DNA of 64,000 bases from Pseudomonadota bacterium (GCA_021801265.1 JAJYYE010000012.1:24548-88547), one strand, 5' to 3'. Shown: positions 21,212-30,263, counted from the first letter of the stretch. The notes: generated from the sequence alone by a model not told the origin. Translations and numbers: made by a program.

Positions 21212-21255
21212 GAAGTGTCCACGTTATTCATGCCGAATCAATTAAGGCTAGCCCT

Positions 21256-23634
21256 ATGTTGTCTCCACCCGAAGCTGTTGGTTTAACTCAACCCGAGGTA
21301 AATAAACGCCAACAACAGGGCCAAGTCAATCTGGTCGAGAAATTCACCACACGCACGGTCTCGGGCATCTTGCGTAACAATGTTGTGACGGTATTTAATG
21401 GCATCCTGACGGCGTCTGTCGTGGCACTGCTGGTGGTTGGCGCCAATAGCGATGCCGTGTTCTTGTCCATCGTCACGCTCGCCAATGTGCTGGTGGGTGT
21501 CATCAGCGAATTTCGGGCCAAATGGGCGTTGGACCGACTTGCACTATTACAGCGCCATGTTGTCACGGTACGCCGTGATGGCCACGACCGGGAAATCCCC
21601 AGCGACGCGGTCGTCCAGGACGACTGGATTCGCTTGACGCCCGGTGATCAAGTGGTCGCCGATGGCATGCTCGCGTCGTCTGCGACACTCGTTATGGACG
21701 AATCGTTGCTGACAGGGGAAGCAACTGCGGTTGGGAAACATACGGGTGACGCCATGCTTTCCGGCAGTTATTGTGTCAGCGGGGTGGGATACTATGTGGC
21801 GACCCACGTGGGTGCCGCATCCAGCGTCAATACGCTGACCGCGCAGGCCAAGGCATACAAGATCCAGCTCACACCCACACAGAAGGTGATCAATACCCTC
21901 GTCAAGGTACTGACTGCGATCTTGATATTGTTCGTTGTCTTATTGCTCATGGCGGCCTACATCAAGCACCTGCCATTGAAGGAAACCATCCTGTCGCTGG
22001 TGACCGTAATCAAAGCCCTGGTGCCGGAAGGGCTGATCCTGATTACCACGCTGACGTTCGCGATGGGCGCGCTGCGCGCGGCCAGACGGCATGTTCTGGT
22101 GCAAAAGCTCGGTGCGGTCGAATCGTTAGGTCATCTGACGGTGCTGTGCCTGGATAAAACGGGCACTCTCGGCACCAACCGCTTGCAATTTGAAGCGTTG
22201 GTACCCTTCGCCTTGAGTCACGACGCGTTAGCGCACTACCTGGGGCTATTTCTCGGCGCGGTGAGCACGCAAAACCAGACCACCGAGGCGATCGCATCGG
22301 CATTCCCCAGCCTCGCCAGTACCGTGATTGACGAGTTACCTTTCAGCACCGAGCACAAAACCAGTGCAGTGCGGGTAGGGTTTGATGGCGAGGATGTGTC
22401 CCTGTGGCTCGGTGCGCCCGAGGCGATGGCCGAGGATCGGCTGACGGATGCCCAGGCTGCGCAGTTGACGGACTTCAGGCAGCAAGGCCTGCGCGTGATG
22501 CTGTTCGCGCGCTCAGCACAAGTACTGTCGCAGCGCGACGACCTGTTGCCATTGGGCTTCGTGGTGCTGCGCGATGAGCTACGCCAGGATGTCGGCAGCG
22601 CGATCAGATTTTACGAAGCGCGTGACGTTACCCTGAAAATACTCTCGGGCGACAACCCTGACACCGTCTCGGCGGTGGCCCGCCAAGCGGGTATAACCCT
22701 GCACGGAGCAACCATCAGCGGTTCCGAATTAGCCGCCTTGACGCCGGATGCATTCGCGAAAGCGGTTCATGAAGGCCAATTTTTTGGTCGGTTGATACCG
22801 CAGCAAAAACAACAGATCGTCAAATGCCTGCAGGAGTCAGGCGATTTTGTCGGTATGGTCGGCGATGGTGTCAATGACGTTTTGGCCTTGAAGCAGGCCG
22901 ACATCGGGGTCGCCATGAACTCGGGCGCAGTGGCGGCGCGCGATGTCTCGGATATTGTGCTGCTGAAAGATTCTTTTGCGCACTTGCCGGCGCTCTCGCA
23001 AGAGGGGGATCGGATCATCCATGGCATCAAGCGCATCATGCAACTGTTTCTCACGAAGAACGTCTACAGCCTGTTTTTTGTCGGCTTTGTCGGCTTCGTT
23101 GGGCTCAGCTTTCCATTGAGTCCGCGCGACATTACGTGGATCGATCTGCTGACCATTGGTATCCCGGCCACCGTGCTGACCCTGTTGGCCCCTGCCGTGG
23201 GCAAACAATCGACGGAAAACTTTCTCCGTGGGCCGTTAAAGTTCGCGCTAGTCGCGGGTCTGTGCACCGCATTTTTTTCACTACTCGTTTACGCGAATTT
23301 CTTCCTGTTTCAAGACCGGACGGAACAGTACGGCAGTACGGCGGGTGTATCGGTGATCGTGCTGATGGGCTTGTACGTGCTGTTCCGATTGACCAGTGAC
23401 GAGCGCGGGCCAACTGCGTCAGCCGCGCAACGCCTGGCGGTGTCGGTATTGCTGATCGGTGCGCCGCTGTTACATGGCGCGGCGGTTTATTGGCCGCCGC
23501 TACGCGACGTAATGGGCATGGTGTCGCTGGATGCAGACTCCTGGATCACGATCCTGGCAGCATCCGGATTGGGGATGGTGACGTTGCATTACCTGCTGCA
23601 AGATGCGATTCGCGCGCGTTTTCTGGGTATGTAG
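21256..23634 (+). CDS. Cation-transporting P-type ATPase (HAD-IC type)
   Basis: CLDKTGTLGTN phosphorylation motif, MVGDGVNDVLALKQADIGVAM hinge, and an N-terminal cation-ATPase-N-like GLTQPEVNKRQQQGQVN. Confidence 0.9.
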   Translation: MLSPPEAVGLTQPEVNKRQQQGQVNLVEKFTTRTVSGILRNNVVTVFNGILTASVVALLVVGANSDAVFLSIVTLANVLVGVISEFRAKWALDRLALLQRHVVTVRRDGHDREIPSDAVVQDDWIRLTPGDQVVADGMLASSATLVMDESLLTGEATAVGKHTGDAMLSGSYCVSGVGYYVATHVGAASSVNTLTAQAKAYKIQLTPTQKVINTLVKVLTAILILFVVLLLMAAYIKHLPLKETILSLVTVIKALVPEGLILITTLTFAMGALRAARRHVLVQKLGAVESLGHLTVLCLDKTGTLGTNRLQFEALVPFALSHDALAHYLGLFLGAVSTQNQTTEAIASAFPSLASTVIDELPFSTEHKTSAVRVGFDGEDVSLWLGAPEAMAEDRLTDAQAAQLTDFRQQGLRVMLFARSAQVLSQRDDLLPLGFVVLRDELRQDVGSAIRFYEARDVTLKILSGDNPDTVSAVARQAGITLHGATISGSELAALTPDAFAKAVHEGQFFGRLIPQQKQQIVKCLQESGDFVGMVGDGVNDVLALKQADIGVAMNSGAVAARDVSDIVLLKDSFAHLPALSQEGDRIIHGIKRIMQLFLTKNVYSLFFVGFVGFVGLSFPLSPRDITWIDLLTIGIPATVLTLLAPAVGKQSTENFLRGPLKFALVAGLCTAFFSLLVYANFFLFQDRTEQYGSTAGVSVIVLMGLYVLFRLTSDERGPTASAAQRLAVSVLLIGAPLLHGAAVYWPPLRDVMGMVSLDADSWITILAASGLGMVTLHYLLQDAIRARFLGM

Positions 23635-24096
23635 GGGCGGGTTTTACCCCGCCATTACGGACGGTTTGGTTATGGCACACCGCTGTTTAAGCATGCCCAG
23701 CACTCTACGTTTTTGCGGAATATGGAAGCGTTCAATATAATCGAATACATCAGATCCTGCTTGTGCGAGCGTTTGATATTGTCGGCGGTTAACCCGCGCT
23801 CGTTTCAGTACACCAAAGAAGCTTTCCGCTGCAGCATTGCCCACAGCGCTCATGCTGCAAATGACGTTGCAGGCCTTGAGGGATCGCTGACACTCATCGC
23901 TGGTAAATTGGCTGCCTCGATTCACTGTGCAGATCACGGGCAAGCTGACTGGCCGGTTTAGCGCTGCTGGCAACCCATCGACCGGCTTCGTGTTTGTACT
24001 CGGCAGGGTATTTTCTTCTCTGTGACATGACACACCTCGTCGCCCATGATCGGGCTTATTCGGGTACCCGTGATAGCGGGTAAAGCCCGCCACTCA
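23630..24096 (-). mobile_element. Internally deleted IS3-family remnant (~467 bp) with ~25-bp terminal inverted repeats
   Basis: The ends TGTAGGGGCGGGTTTTACCCCGCCATTACGG (23630-) and CCGTGATAGCGGGTAAAGCCCGCCACTCA (-24096) are inverted repeats. On the minus strand there is an orfA N-terminus (MSQRRKYPAEYKHEAGRWV) and an orfB C-terminus (RGSQFTS...AESFFGVLKRA...FDYIERFH). Confidence 0.7.
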
Positions 24097-24184
24097 ACTC
24101 ATCATTTGCTTTGACAGGAGATTGTCATAAGAATGATGCGCGAACTGCCCAAGTATGGCTATCAACCGGAGCTTCCCATCATTT

Positions 24185-24763
24185 ATGTCCCTTAAAGTCA
24201 TCATCATTGATCACAACCCGACGCGTACTGCCGAGTTGGAAAAAGCCATGAATGAAATCGGGCATGACGTGGTTGCCCTATTGGGCGCGGGCGATGAAAT
24301 ACTGTCTGCCGTGCATCGTTATCAACCGGATGTCATCCTGATCGACATGGCGCTACCCGATCGGGATACCCTAGAGGCCATGCGGCTGATTACGGCCGAA
24401 ATTCCCCGGCCGATTGTGATGTTTGCCGAGCAAAGCGACACGCAAACCATCCATGACGCCATCGCCTGCGGGGTGAGCGCCTATATCGTCGATGGCCTTG
24501 AACCGCGGCGTTTACGACCGATTATGGATGTGGCGATTGCCCGCTTTCGCGCCCATCAGGATCTGAAAAATGAATTGCAATCGACCCGCGCGCAACTCGC
24601 TGAACGCAAGGAAGTAGAACGCGCCAAAGGCATTTTAATGCGGCTCAAACAAATCGATGAACCCAGCGCCCATGCCGCGATGCGCAAAATGGCCATGGAT
24701 CGCAATCTCAAGCTCATTGATATTGCCCGCACACTCATCACGGCTGAAGAGTTATTGCGCTAA
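24185..24763 (+). CDS. nasT: Response-regulator-type ANTAR antiterminator NasT
   Basis: REC-like N-terminus (VIIIDHNP...VILIDMALPDRD). C-terminal ANTAR (LAERKEVERAKGILMRLKQIDEPSAHAAMRKMAMDRNLKLIDIARTLI). Confidence 0.85.
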   Translation: MSLKVIIIDHNPTRTAELEKAMNEIGHDVVALLGAGDEILSAVHRYQPDVILIDMALPDRDTLEAMRLITAEIPRPIVMFAEQSDTQTIHDAIACGVSAYIVDGLEPRRLRPIMDVAIARFRAHQDLKNELQSTRAQLAERKEVERAKGILMRLKQIDEPSAHAAMRKMAMDRNLKLIDIARTLITAEELLR

Positions 24764-24876
24764 GCGCCCTATGCACTGCATCACATTGGCACATCATTTT
24801 CACCTGCCTGCTTTGTTACAGTGCAAATGCCGGGCCATATAAATTATAACCATTTATTTTTATTGAAATAATTTCA

Positions 24877-24892
24877 TGGCACGCAATCTGCT
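24877..24892 (+). promoter_or_regulatory. Sigma54 (-24/-12) promoter of the globin-narK-kinase operon
   Basis: TGGCACGCAATCTGCT matches TGGCAC-N5-TTGC with one mismatch. A near-identical copy lies at 28765-28780. Confidence 0.7.
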
Positions 24893-24908
24893 TTAATTAA
24901 ATCGCACT

Positions 24909-24997
24909 AAGCCAACGGCGGTTTATGCACAAAGAATTAAGACAAAGGCGTCTTGCACGGTGGGTTCGAACCCATCGGGCAGACGCCTTTTGTTTTT
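24909..24997 (+). promoter_or_regulatory. NasT/ANTAR-type leader: two hexaloop hairpins plus an overlapping intrinsic terminator
   Basis: P1 is AAGCC-AACGGC-GGTTT (24909-24924). P2 is AAGAC-AAAGGC-GTCTT (24939-24954). Both loops have A at position 1 and G at position 4. The terminator AAAGGCGTCT...AGACGCCTTT plus a T-run (24944-24997) shares its 5' arm with P2. Confidence 0.75.
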
Positions 24998-25069
24998 GGC
25001 AACCCCTTTCAAGCTGTGCGGGTTTGCACATTAAATCCGGACTTGAGACGAACCTTCTGGAGATAAGAC

Positions 25070-25480
25070 ATGGATCAGATGACTATCACTCTCGTGCGTC
25101 ATTCATGGCAAAAAGTTGAGCAGATCGCACCACAGGCCTCAGCCATTTTTTATGAAAATGTCTTTACGGCTGACCCGAGTCTCAAATCGTTATTCAAACA
25201 AGGCGATATGACTGCGCAAGGCCAAAAGCTGATGCAAATGATCGGTGTCGCCATCAGCAAACTCGATGAGTTGGATGTTTTGGTTCCCGTTCTGGAAAAC
25301 CTTGCCAAACGCCATGTCGGTTACGGTGTGCAACAGGTGCATTATCAAATCATTGGCGATTCCCTGATTCAGGCGCTGGATCAGGGACTGGGCTCTGATT
25401 TCACGCCCGATGTAAAAAATGCGTGGATCACTGTCTATGGCGTCATGGCCGATGTGATGATTTCCGCATCCAAGTATTAA
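25070..25480 (+). CDS. Single-domain globin (haemoglobin-like)
   Basis: TLVRHSWQKV...IFYENVFTADPSLKSLF...QGQKLMQMIGVAI...LAKRHVGYGV...HYQIIGDSLIQAL is a globin-fold pattern with a proximal His in the KRHVGYGV context. Confidence 0.8.
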   Translation: MDQMTITLVRHSWQKVEQIAPQASAIFYENVFTADPSLKSLFKQGDMTAQGQKLMQMIGVAISKLDELDVLVPVLENLAKRHVGYGVQQVHYQIIGDSLIQALDQGLGSDFTPDVKNAWITVYGVMADVMISASKY

Positions 25481-25545
25481 ATTTGAACAGCTTCTCGGGC
25501 AAACGATAGTGCGTCTGCCCCTATCATTTTTCAGGAGTGCTTTCC

Positions 25546-26826
25546 ATGAATATCAAAGAGTTTAAGCAGGCAGGCCACTGGCCCACCCTACTCTCGGCAT
25601 TTTTATATTTCGATGTATCGTTTATGGTCTGGGTGGTGTTGGGGCCGTTGTCGCTCTATATCACCCAGGATTTGCATATTCCCTTGGCGGAAAAATTTAC
25701 CCTGGTGGCAATTCCGATTTTGTTCGGCGCTTTTTTACGGATTCCGCTGGGGATGCTGGCCGATCAAATCGGGCCCAAGCGCGCGGGGCAACTGGCGCAA
25801 TTAGTTGTCATGGCCGCGATGGGTTATGTTTTTTTGTTTGGCCTGCATTCCAAACTGGATGTCGAAATTTTGGGCATTTTCTTGGGATTGGCGGGTGCGA
25901 GTTTCGCGGTGGCATTACCGCAAGCCAGCCGGTGGTATCCGCCAAAATTTCAAGGGGTTGTGCTCGGCATTGCTGGCGCGGGGAACCTGGGCGTGGTACT
26001 CGATTCGATGATTGTGCCCGCACTGGCTGAATCATTTGGCTGGCAGGCCGTATTCGGTTTTCTGCTGATCCCGCTTGCCATCGTATTTATGATTTACTCA
26101 ATCCTGGTGAAAGACGCCCCCGAAGTGCGCAAAGCGGTTTCCCTGAAAAATTATGGTCTGTTACTGAAAGATTCCGATACCTGGTGGTTCATGTTTTTCT
26201 ACTCGATCACCTTCGGTGGCTTCGTGGGCTTAGGCAATGCTTTGCCGTTGTACTTCACCAACTGGTATCACGTTTCTGGCATTACAGCGGGGATGATGGT
26301 TGCGATTGTGGTGGCCGGTGGTTCACTGTTCCGGCCCATTGGCGGGCTGGTGGCCGATCGCATTGGTGGCATTCGTGCACTCTCGATGCTGTTTGTCCTG
26401 GTGTCATTAAGCTATTTCGTGGTGGCCTTAATGCCCGCAGGCCCGGCGCCGCTGGTCAGCGAAATGGCACAGGCAAAAGTGGCAGGCTGGGGCTTGTTTG
26501 AGATGCCCGCGATTGCCTGGGCATCCACCTTGGTGTTTTTCATCGGCGCGATCGGGCTCGGTATGGGCAATGGTTCGGTATTCCAGCTTGTTCCGCTGCG
26601 GTTTCGTAGCGAAATCGGCGTGATGACGGGCCTGGTTGGCGCAGCGGGTGGTTTTGGTGGCTATTTCCTCGCCCAAGCCATGGGCATGTCGTATGCCAGC
26701 ACCCACAGCTTCATGACCGGTTTTCTGGTGTTCGCCTGCTTGCCGCTGGTCGGTTTGGGTGGGTTGCTTGCGGTAAAAAAACGTTGGCGCACCACCTGGG
26801 GCGCAGTCTCTGGCGCACAGGTTTAA
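25546..26826 (+). CDS. narK: MFS nitrate/nitrite transporter (NarK/NasA type)
   Basis: 12-TM MFS with NarK-like motifs (GFVGLGNALP, GAAGGFGGYF). The ATG at 25546 is preceded by AGGAG. Confidence 0.85.
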   Translation: MNIKEFKQAGHWPTLLSAFLYFDVSFMVWVVLGPLSLYITQDLHIPLAEKFTLVAIPILFGAFLRIPLGMLADQIGPKRAGQLAQLVVMAAMGYVFLFGLHSKLDVEILGIFLGLAGASFAVALPQASRWYPPKFQGVVLGIAGAGNLGVVLDSMIVPALAESFGWQAVFGFLLIPLAIVFMIYSILVKDAPEVRKAVSLKNYGLLLKDSDTWWFMFFYSITFGGFVGLGNALPLYFTNWYHVSGITAGMMVAIVVAGGSLFRPIGGLVADRIGGIRALSMLFVLVSLSYFVVALMPAGPAPLVSEMAQAKVAGWGLFEMPAIAWASTLVFFIGAIGLGMGNGSVFQLVPLRFRSEIGVMTGLVGAAGGFGGYFLAQAMGMSYASTHSFMTGFLVFACLPLVGLGGLLAVKKRWRTTWGAVSGAQV

Positions 26827-26832
26827 TACGCG

Positions 26833-28581
26833 GTGCCTCATTCTGAAGTCGTTCAGGTATCTCCTACACACAGTCGGTTGGGTGTGACTGTGGGTCTCGC
26901 CAGTACGGCGGGACGACGCAGCGATAATCAGGATTTCGCAGCATTCCATATGCCTAACGAACCGGAACTGAGCCATCGAGGCGCCGTGTTTGCGGTAGCC
27001 GATGGCGTAGGCGGTCATAAAGGCGGGCGGGTGGCGGCTGAACTTGGGATACGCGGATTTTTAGAGGGCTACTATGCCCTGCCTGATACCTTGGGGGTGG
27101 AACCCCTGGCCGCCCGCGCACTGGCCGCGATCAACCTCTGGATCCATGCCCAGGGCAACCGTGATCCCGCGCTGGCTGGCATGGCCAGCACGTTTAGCGC
27201 GGTTATTTTGCGGGGCAGACAATGTCATGTCGTCCATTTGGGTGATTCCCGCATTTATCGACTGCGCGCCGGGCGGATGGAGCGCTTCACGGAAGATCAC
27301 ACCTTAAAACAGCCCGATCAGCAGCATGTGTTGTATCGCGCCTTGGGAATTGAAGCCCAGGCGCGTGCCGATCATGCCATCCATAGCCTTCAACCCGGAG
27401 ATCGTCTGCTGTTGTGCAGTGATGGCCTGCATGGGACATTGCGCGAGCGCATCATGCAAGAGCTGCTCGCCCATGGATTAGCAGCGCAACACACGGCCGA
27501 TCAGCTCCTGCGCACCGCACTTGAGCGCGGCAGTCAGGACAACATCACCGCAATTGTGGTTGATGTACTCGATGTACCCGCTGCCGGTCGGGGCGATATT
27601 GAAAACGACCTGGCCGGCTTTCCGCTGATTGCCTTGCCCAAAATCGGCACGACCGTCGATGGGTTTTATCTGCTGCGCCTCATTGCCGACGGCCATTACA
27701 GCCGCCTGTATCTGGCCGAAGATCGACAAGCGCCCAATCATCCTGCACGGGTGCTGAAGTTCCCGCAACCGCGCGTCGCCACCGAGGCCGAATATCGGCA
27801 CGCCTTTGTGCGGGAAGCCTGGATTGGCGGCCGCGTGCATAGCCCTTGGGTTGCGGAGATTCTCAGCCTCCCCCACGGGCGGCAAACCGCGCTCTACTCC
27901 GTGATGCCGTTTTTGGAAGGGCAGACCTTGGCGGAATTTATCACCGCACGCCACCCCATCGACATCGGCACGGGCGCCGGGCTTGCTTTAAAACTGTGCA
28001 AGGCGGTATATGCCCTCCACCGCCAACGCATCATCCATCGCGATATCAAACCGGAAAATGTGTTTCTGCTCAACGATGGGGGGCTAAAACTACTCGATTT
28101 GGGCGTCGCGCGCCTACCAGGATGGGAGAATCAGGATGCAAACCACCCATTGACCGAAGACATTCCCGGCACCCCGAGTTTTATGGCACCCGAACAATTC
28201 CACCATGAACGCGGCACCCTCAGCACCGATATCTACAGTTTGGGCGTCACCCTGTTTTTCCTGTTCACCCGCCATTATCCCTATGGCGAAATTGAGCCAT
28301 TCTCGACCCCGCGTTTTCAGCAACGCAAACGGCTCAATCAATTCAGGCCTGATTTACCCACTTGGCTGGATCAACTGCTGCACAAAACCGTGAGTGGTGA
28401 GCCGGCAGAGCGCCCGCAAGACAGTATGGAACTCGCCTTTGAACTGGAACAAGGCCTGACGGGAAATACCCAAAATCCGCCGAAATTTGTGCCATTTTTA
28501 GAACGCAATCCCCTTTTGTTTTGGCAGATGACTGCCGGCATTTTGCTGATTTTATTACTGGTGACGCTCATTTTTTATTAG
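26833..28581 (+). CDS. Bifunctional PP2C phosphatase / Ser-Thr protein kinase with a C-terminal TM anchor
   Basis: N-terminal PP2C (VADGVGGHKGG...DGLHG...GSQDNITAIVV). Kinase domain (HRDIKPENVFL...DLGVA...GTPSFMAPE). C-terminal hydrophobic tail LLILLLVTLIFY. Confidence 0.85.
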   Translation: MPHSEVVQVSPTHSRLGVTVGLASTAGRRSDNQDFAAFHMPNEPELSHRGAVFAVADGVGGHKGGRVAAELGIRGFLEGYYALPDTLGVEPLAARALAAINLWIHAQGNRDPALAGMASTFSAVILRGRQCHVVHLGDSRIYRLRAGRMERFTEDHTLKQPDQQHVLYRALGIEAQARADHAIHSLQPGDRLLLCSDGLHGTLRERIMQELLAHGLAAQHTADQLLRTALERGSQDNITAIVVDVLDVPAAGRGDIENDLAGFPLIALPKIGTTVDGFYLLRLIADGHYSRLYLAEDRQAPNHPARVLKFPQPRVATEAEYRHAFVREAWIGGRVHSPWVAEILSLPHGRQTALYSVMPFLEGQTLAEFITARHPIDIGTGAGLALKLCKAVYALHRQRIIHRDIKPENVFLLNDGGLKLLDLGVARLPGWENQDANHPLTEDIPGTPSFMAPEQFHHERGTLSTDIYSLGVTLFFLFTRHYPYGEIEPFSTPRFQQRKRLNQFRPDLPTWLDQLLHKTVSGEPAERPQDSMELAFELEQGLTGNTQNPPKFVPFLERNPLLFWQMTAGILLILLLVTLIFY

Positions 28582-28764
28582 CCCCTCCGACCATTTGTCC
28601 AACAGTCGTATTGGACAATGCGCGACACCTACTGAATCCACTGATCGGATCATCCGGCGCGGCAGTGCCCCCTATTCAGCCAAAAAAATTCGTCAACGCA
28701 CTAGATTGGGGCAAATACCTATCGCCGAGAACAGCAACAAATTGATATTAAAAAGATTAATTCA

Positions 28765-28780
28765 TGGCACGTAATCTGCT
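28765..28780 (+). promoter_or_regulatory. Sigma54 (-24/-12) promoter of the nasS-like/nirBD/nasC operon
   Basis: TGGCACGTAATCTGCT. The surrounding TTCATGGCACGYAATCTGCTTTA is shared with 24873-24896. Confidence 0.7.
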
Positions 28781-28796
28781 TTATTTCTTGTGAGAT

Positions 28797-28910
28797 AAAA
28801 AAACCAACGGCGGTTTTTTTAAATTCATTAAGTGATCGTAAAGACAAAGGCGTCTTTCATCAGCCAAACCGGTTTCGGGTGGCGAGTGAAAGCGCCTTTT
28901 TTGTTTTGAA
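28797..28910 (+). promoter_or_regulatory. Second NasT/ANTAR-type leader with terminator
   Basis: P1 is AAAAAACC-AACGGC-GGTTTTTT. P2 is AAGAC-AAAGGC-GTCTT (28841-28856). The terminator AAGGCGTCTTTCA...TGAAAGCGCCTT plus TTTTTTGTTTT overlaps P2. Confidence 0.75.
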
Positions 28911-28937
28911 ATTTTGAACACGCGAGCAACCTCATCC

Positions 28938-30263
28938 ATGAATACACACCCGACTTCTGCCGCCCCCCTGCGTTTAGGCTTTGTTGGCCTCACCGACTGC
29001 GCGCCGCTGGCCGTTGCGCAACATTTGGGCCTGTTTGAACAGCAGGGTTTAACGGTTGAATTCAGCCGTGAACCGTCTTGGGCCAATATGCGGGATAAAT
29101 TGGCGCTGGGGTTGTTTGATGGCGCGCATTTACTGGCACCCATGTTATTGGCGGCGAATCTGAATTTAGAAAAACTCGCCCAGCCGCTGTGCGCATCGCT
29201 GTGTTTAGGCTTGGGCGGCAATGCGATCGTGCTCACCGCCTCACTGATCGCAGAAGCCCAGATCACACCCGATCAGACCCGCAATCCGCTGCAATCGAGC
29301 ATGCAATTGGGGCAATGGCGCCGTAGCGAGGCCTCGCGTGTGCGCAAACTCCGTTTTGCCGCCGTGCATCCCTATTCCACCCACTATTACGAGCTCTGCG
29401 CTTGGCTGGCTGCGGGCGGTATCGATCCGCTCACGGATATCGACATGGTGTATTACCCACCACAGCAAATGCCACAACGCCTGCGCGATGGCGAAATCGA
29501 TGGATTTTGTGCCGGAGAACCGTGGGGCACCATCGCCACCGAAGCATGCCCCCATGAACACGGCGTTATTCTCGTGACAGGGCCGCAATTATGGGCAAAT
29601 AAATCCGAAAAAATGTTCACCGTGCGTGAAAGTTGGGCGGAACGAAACCCCGAACAGCACCTCGGCCTGATTACCGCCCTGATTGAAGCAGGGCGTTGGC
29701 TGGACGAATCTGCCGAGCATCGCCACCAGGCCGCCGAATGGTTGGCCGAACCCCAGTGGCTCGGCCTGCCCCTAAGCCAATTATTGCCGGGCTTATCCCT
29801 CACCCCTGATGCCGGCGGGGTGCCGTGGCTGCGGTTTTTCCGCGATAACGCCCAGTTTCCGCGCCGTTCACATGGGGTGTTTTATTTAACCCAAATGCTG
29901 CGCTGGGGCCATATCGACCGTGCGGTGGATATGCGCCTGATCGCCGAGCGCAGTTACCGACCTGAGTTGTATCGTCATGCCGCACGGGCGCTTGATCTCA
30001 GCGTACCGACCGTGGACTATCTGCCCGAAGGCCTGCACCAATCGCCTTGGACCTTGGCCGCAGCCACATCCGGCCCAACGGCCATGGGTGCCGACTGGTT
30101 TTTTGATGGCAGCACCTTCGATCCGCTCGACCCGGCGAGTTATCTCGAATACATCACCGCCCACAACCCCGGTATGAGTCACCTCATCCCCTCGCCGCTG
30201 CATTTGCGGCTACTCAACCCCATTTTTCAATTGCATTCGACTGCTCTGGAGTTACACCCATGA
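28938..30263 (+). CDS. Cytoplasmic NrtA/NasS-like nitrate-binding protein (no signal peptide)
   Basis: LRLGFVGLTDCAPLAVAQHLGLFEQQGLTVEFSREPSWANMRDKL is the NMT1/NrtA-type fold signature. Its stop overlaps the nirB start (ATGA). The start is uncertain (TTG 28914 or ATG 28938). Confidence 0.75.
   Translation: MNTHPTSAAPLRLGFVGLTDCAPLAVAQHLGLFEQQGLTVEFSREPSWANMRDKLALGLFDGAHLLAPMLLAANLNLEKLAQPLCASLCLGLGGNAIVLTASLIAEAQITPDQTRNPLQSSMQLGQWRRSEASRVRKLRFAAVHPYSTHYYELCAWLAAGGIDPLTDIDMVYYPPQQMPQRLRDGEIDGFCAGEPWGTIATEACPHEHGVILVTGPQLWANKSEKMFTVRESWAERNPEQHLGLITALIEAGRWLDESAEHRHQAAEWLAEPQWLGLPLSQLLPGLSLTPDAGGVPWLRFFRDNAQFPRRSHGVFYLTQMLRWGHIDRAVDMRLIAERSYRPELYRHAARALDLSVPTVDYLPEGLHQSPWTLAAATSGPTAMGADWFFDGSTFDPLDPASYLEYITAHNPGMSHLIPSPLHLRLLNPIFQLHSTALELHP

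Noticed and set aside
24770-24870. Possible NtrC enhancer half-sites (TGCACT...TGGCACA) upstream of the first sigma54 promoter
   Set aside because: The spacing does not fit the TGCACC-N5-GGTGCA dyad, and no equivalent is visible upstream of the second promoter. This is not supportable by eye.
24962-24973. GGGTTCGAACCC, a tRNA-like T-arm string
   Set aside because: It is the apical palindrome of the leader-1 terminator hairpin. There is no surrounding cloverleaf.
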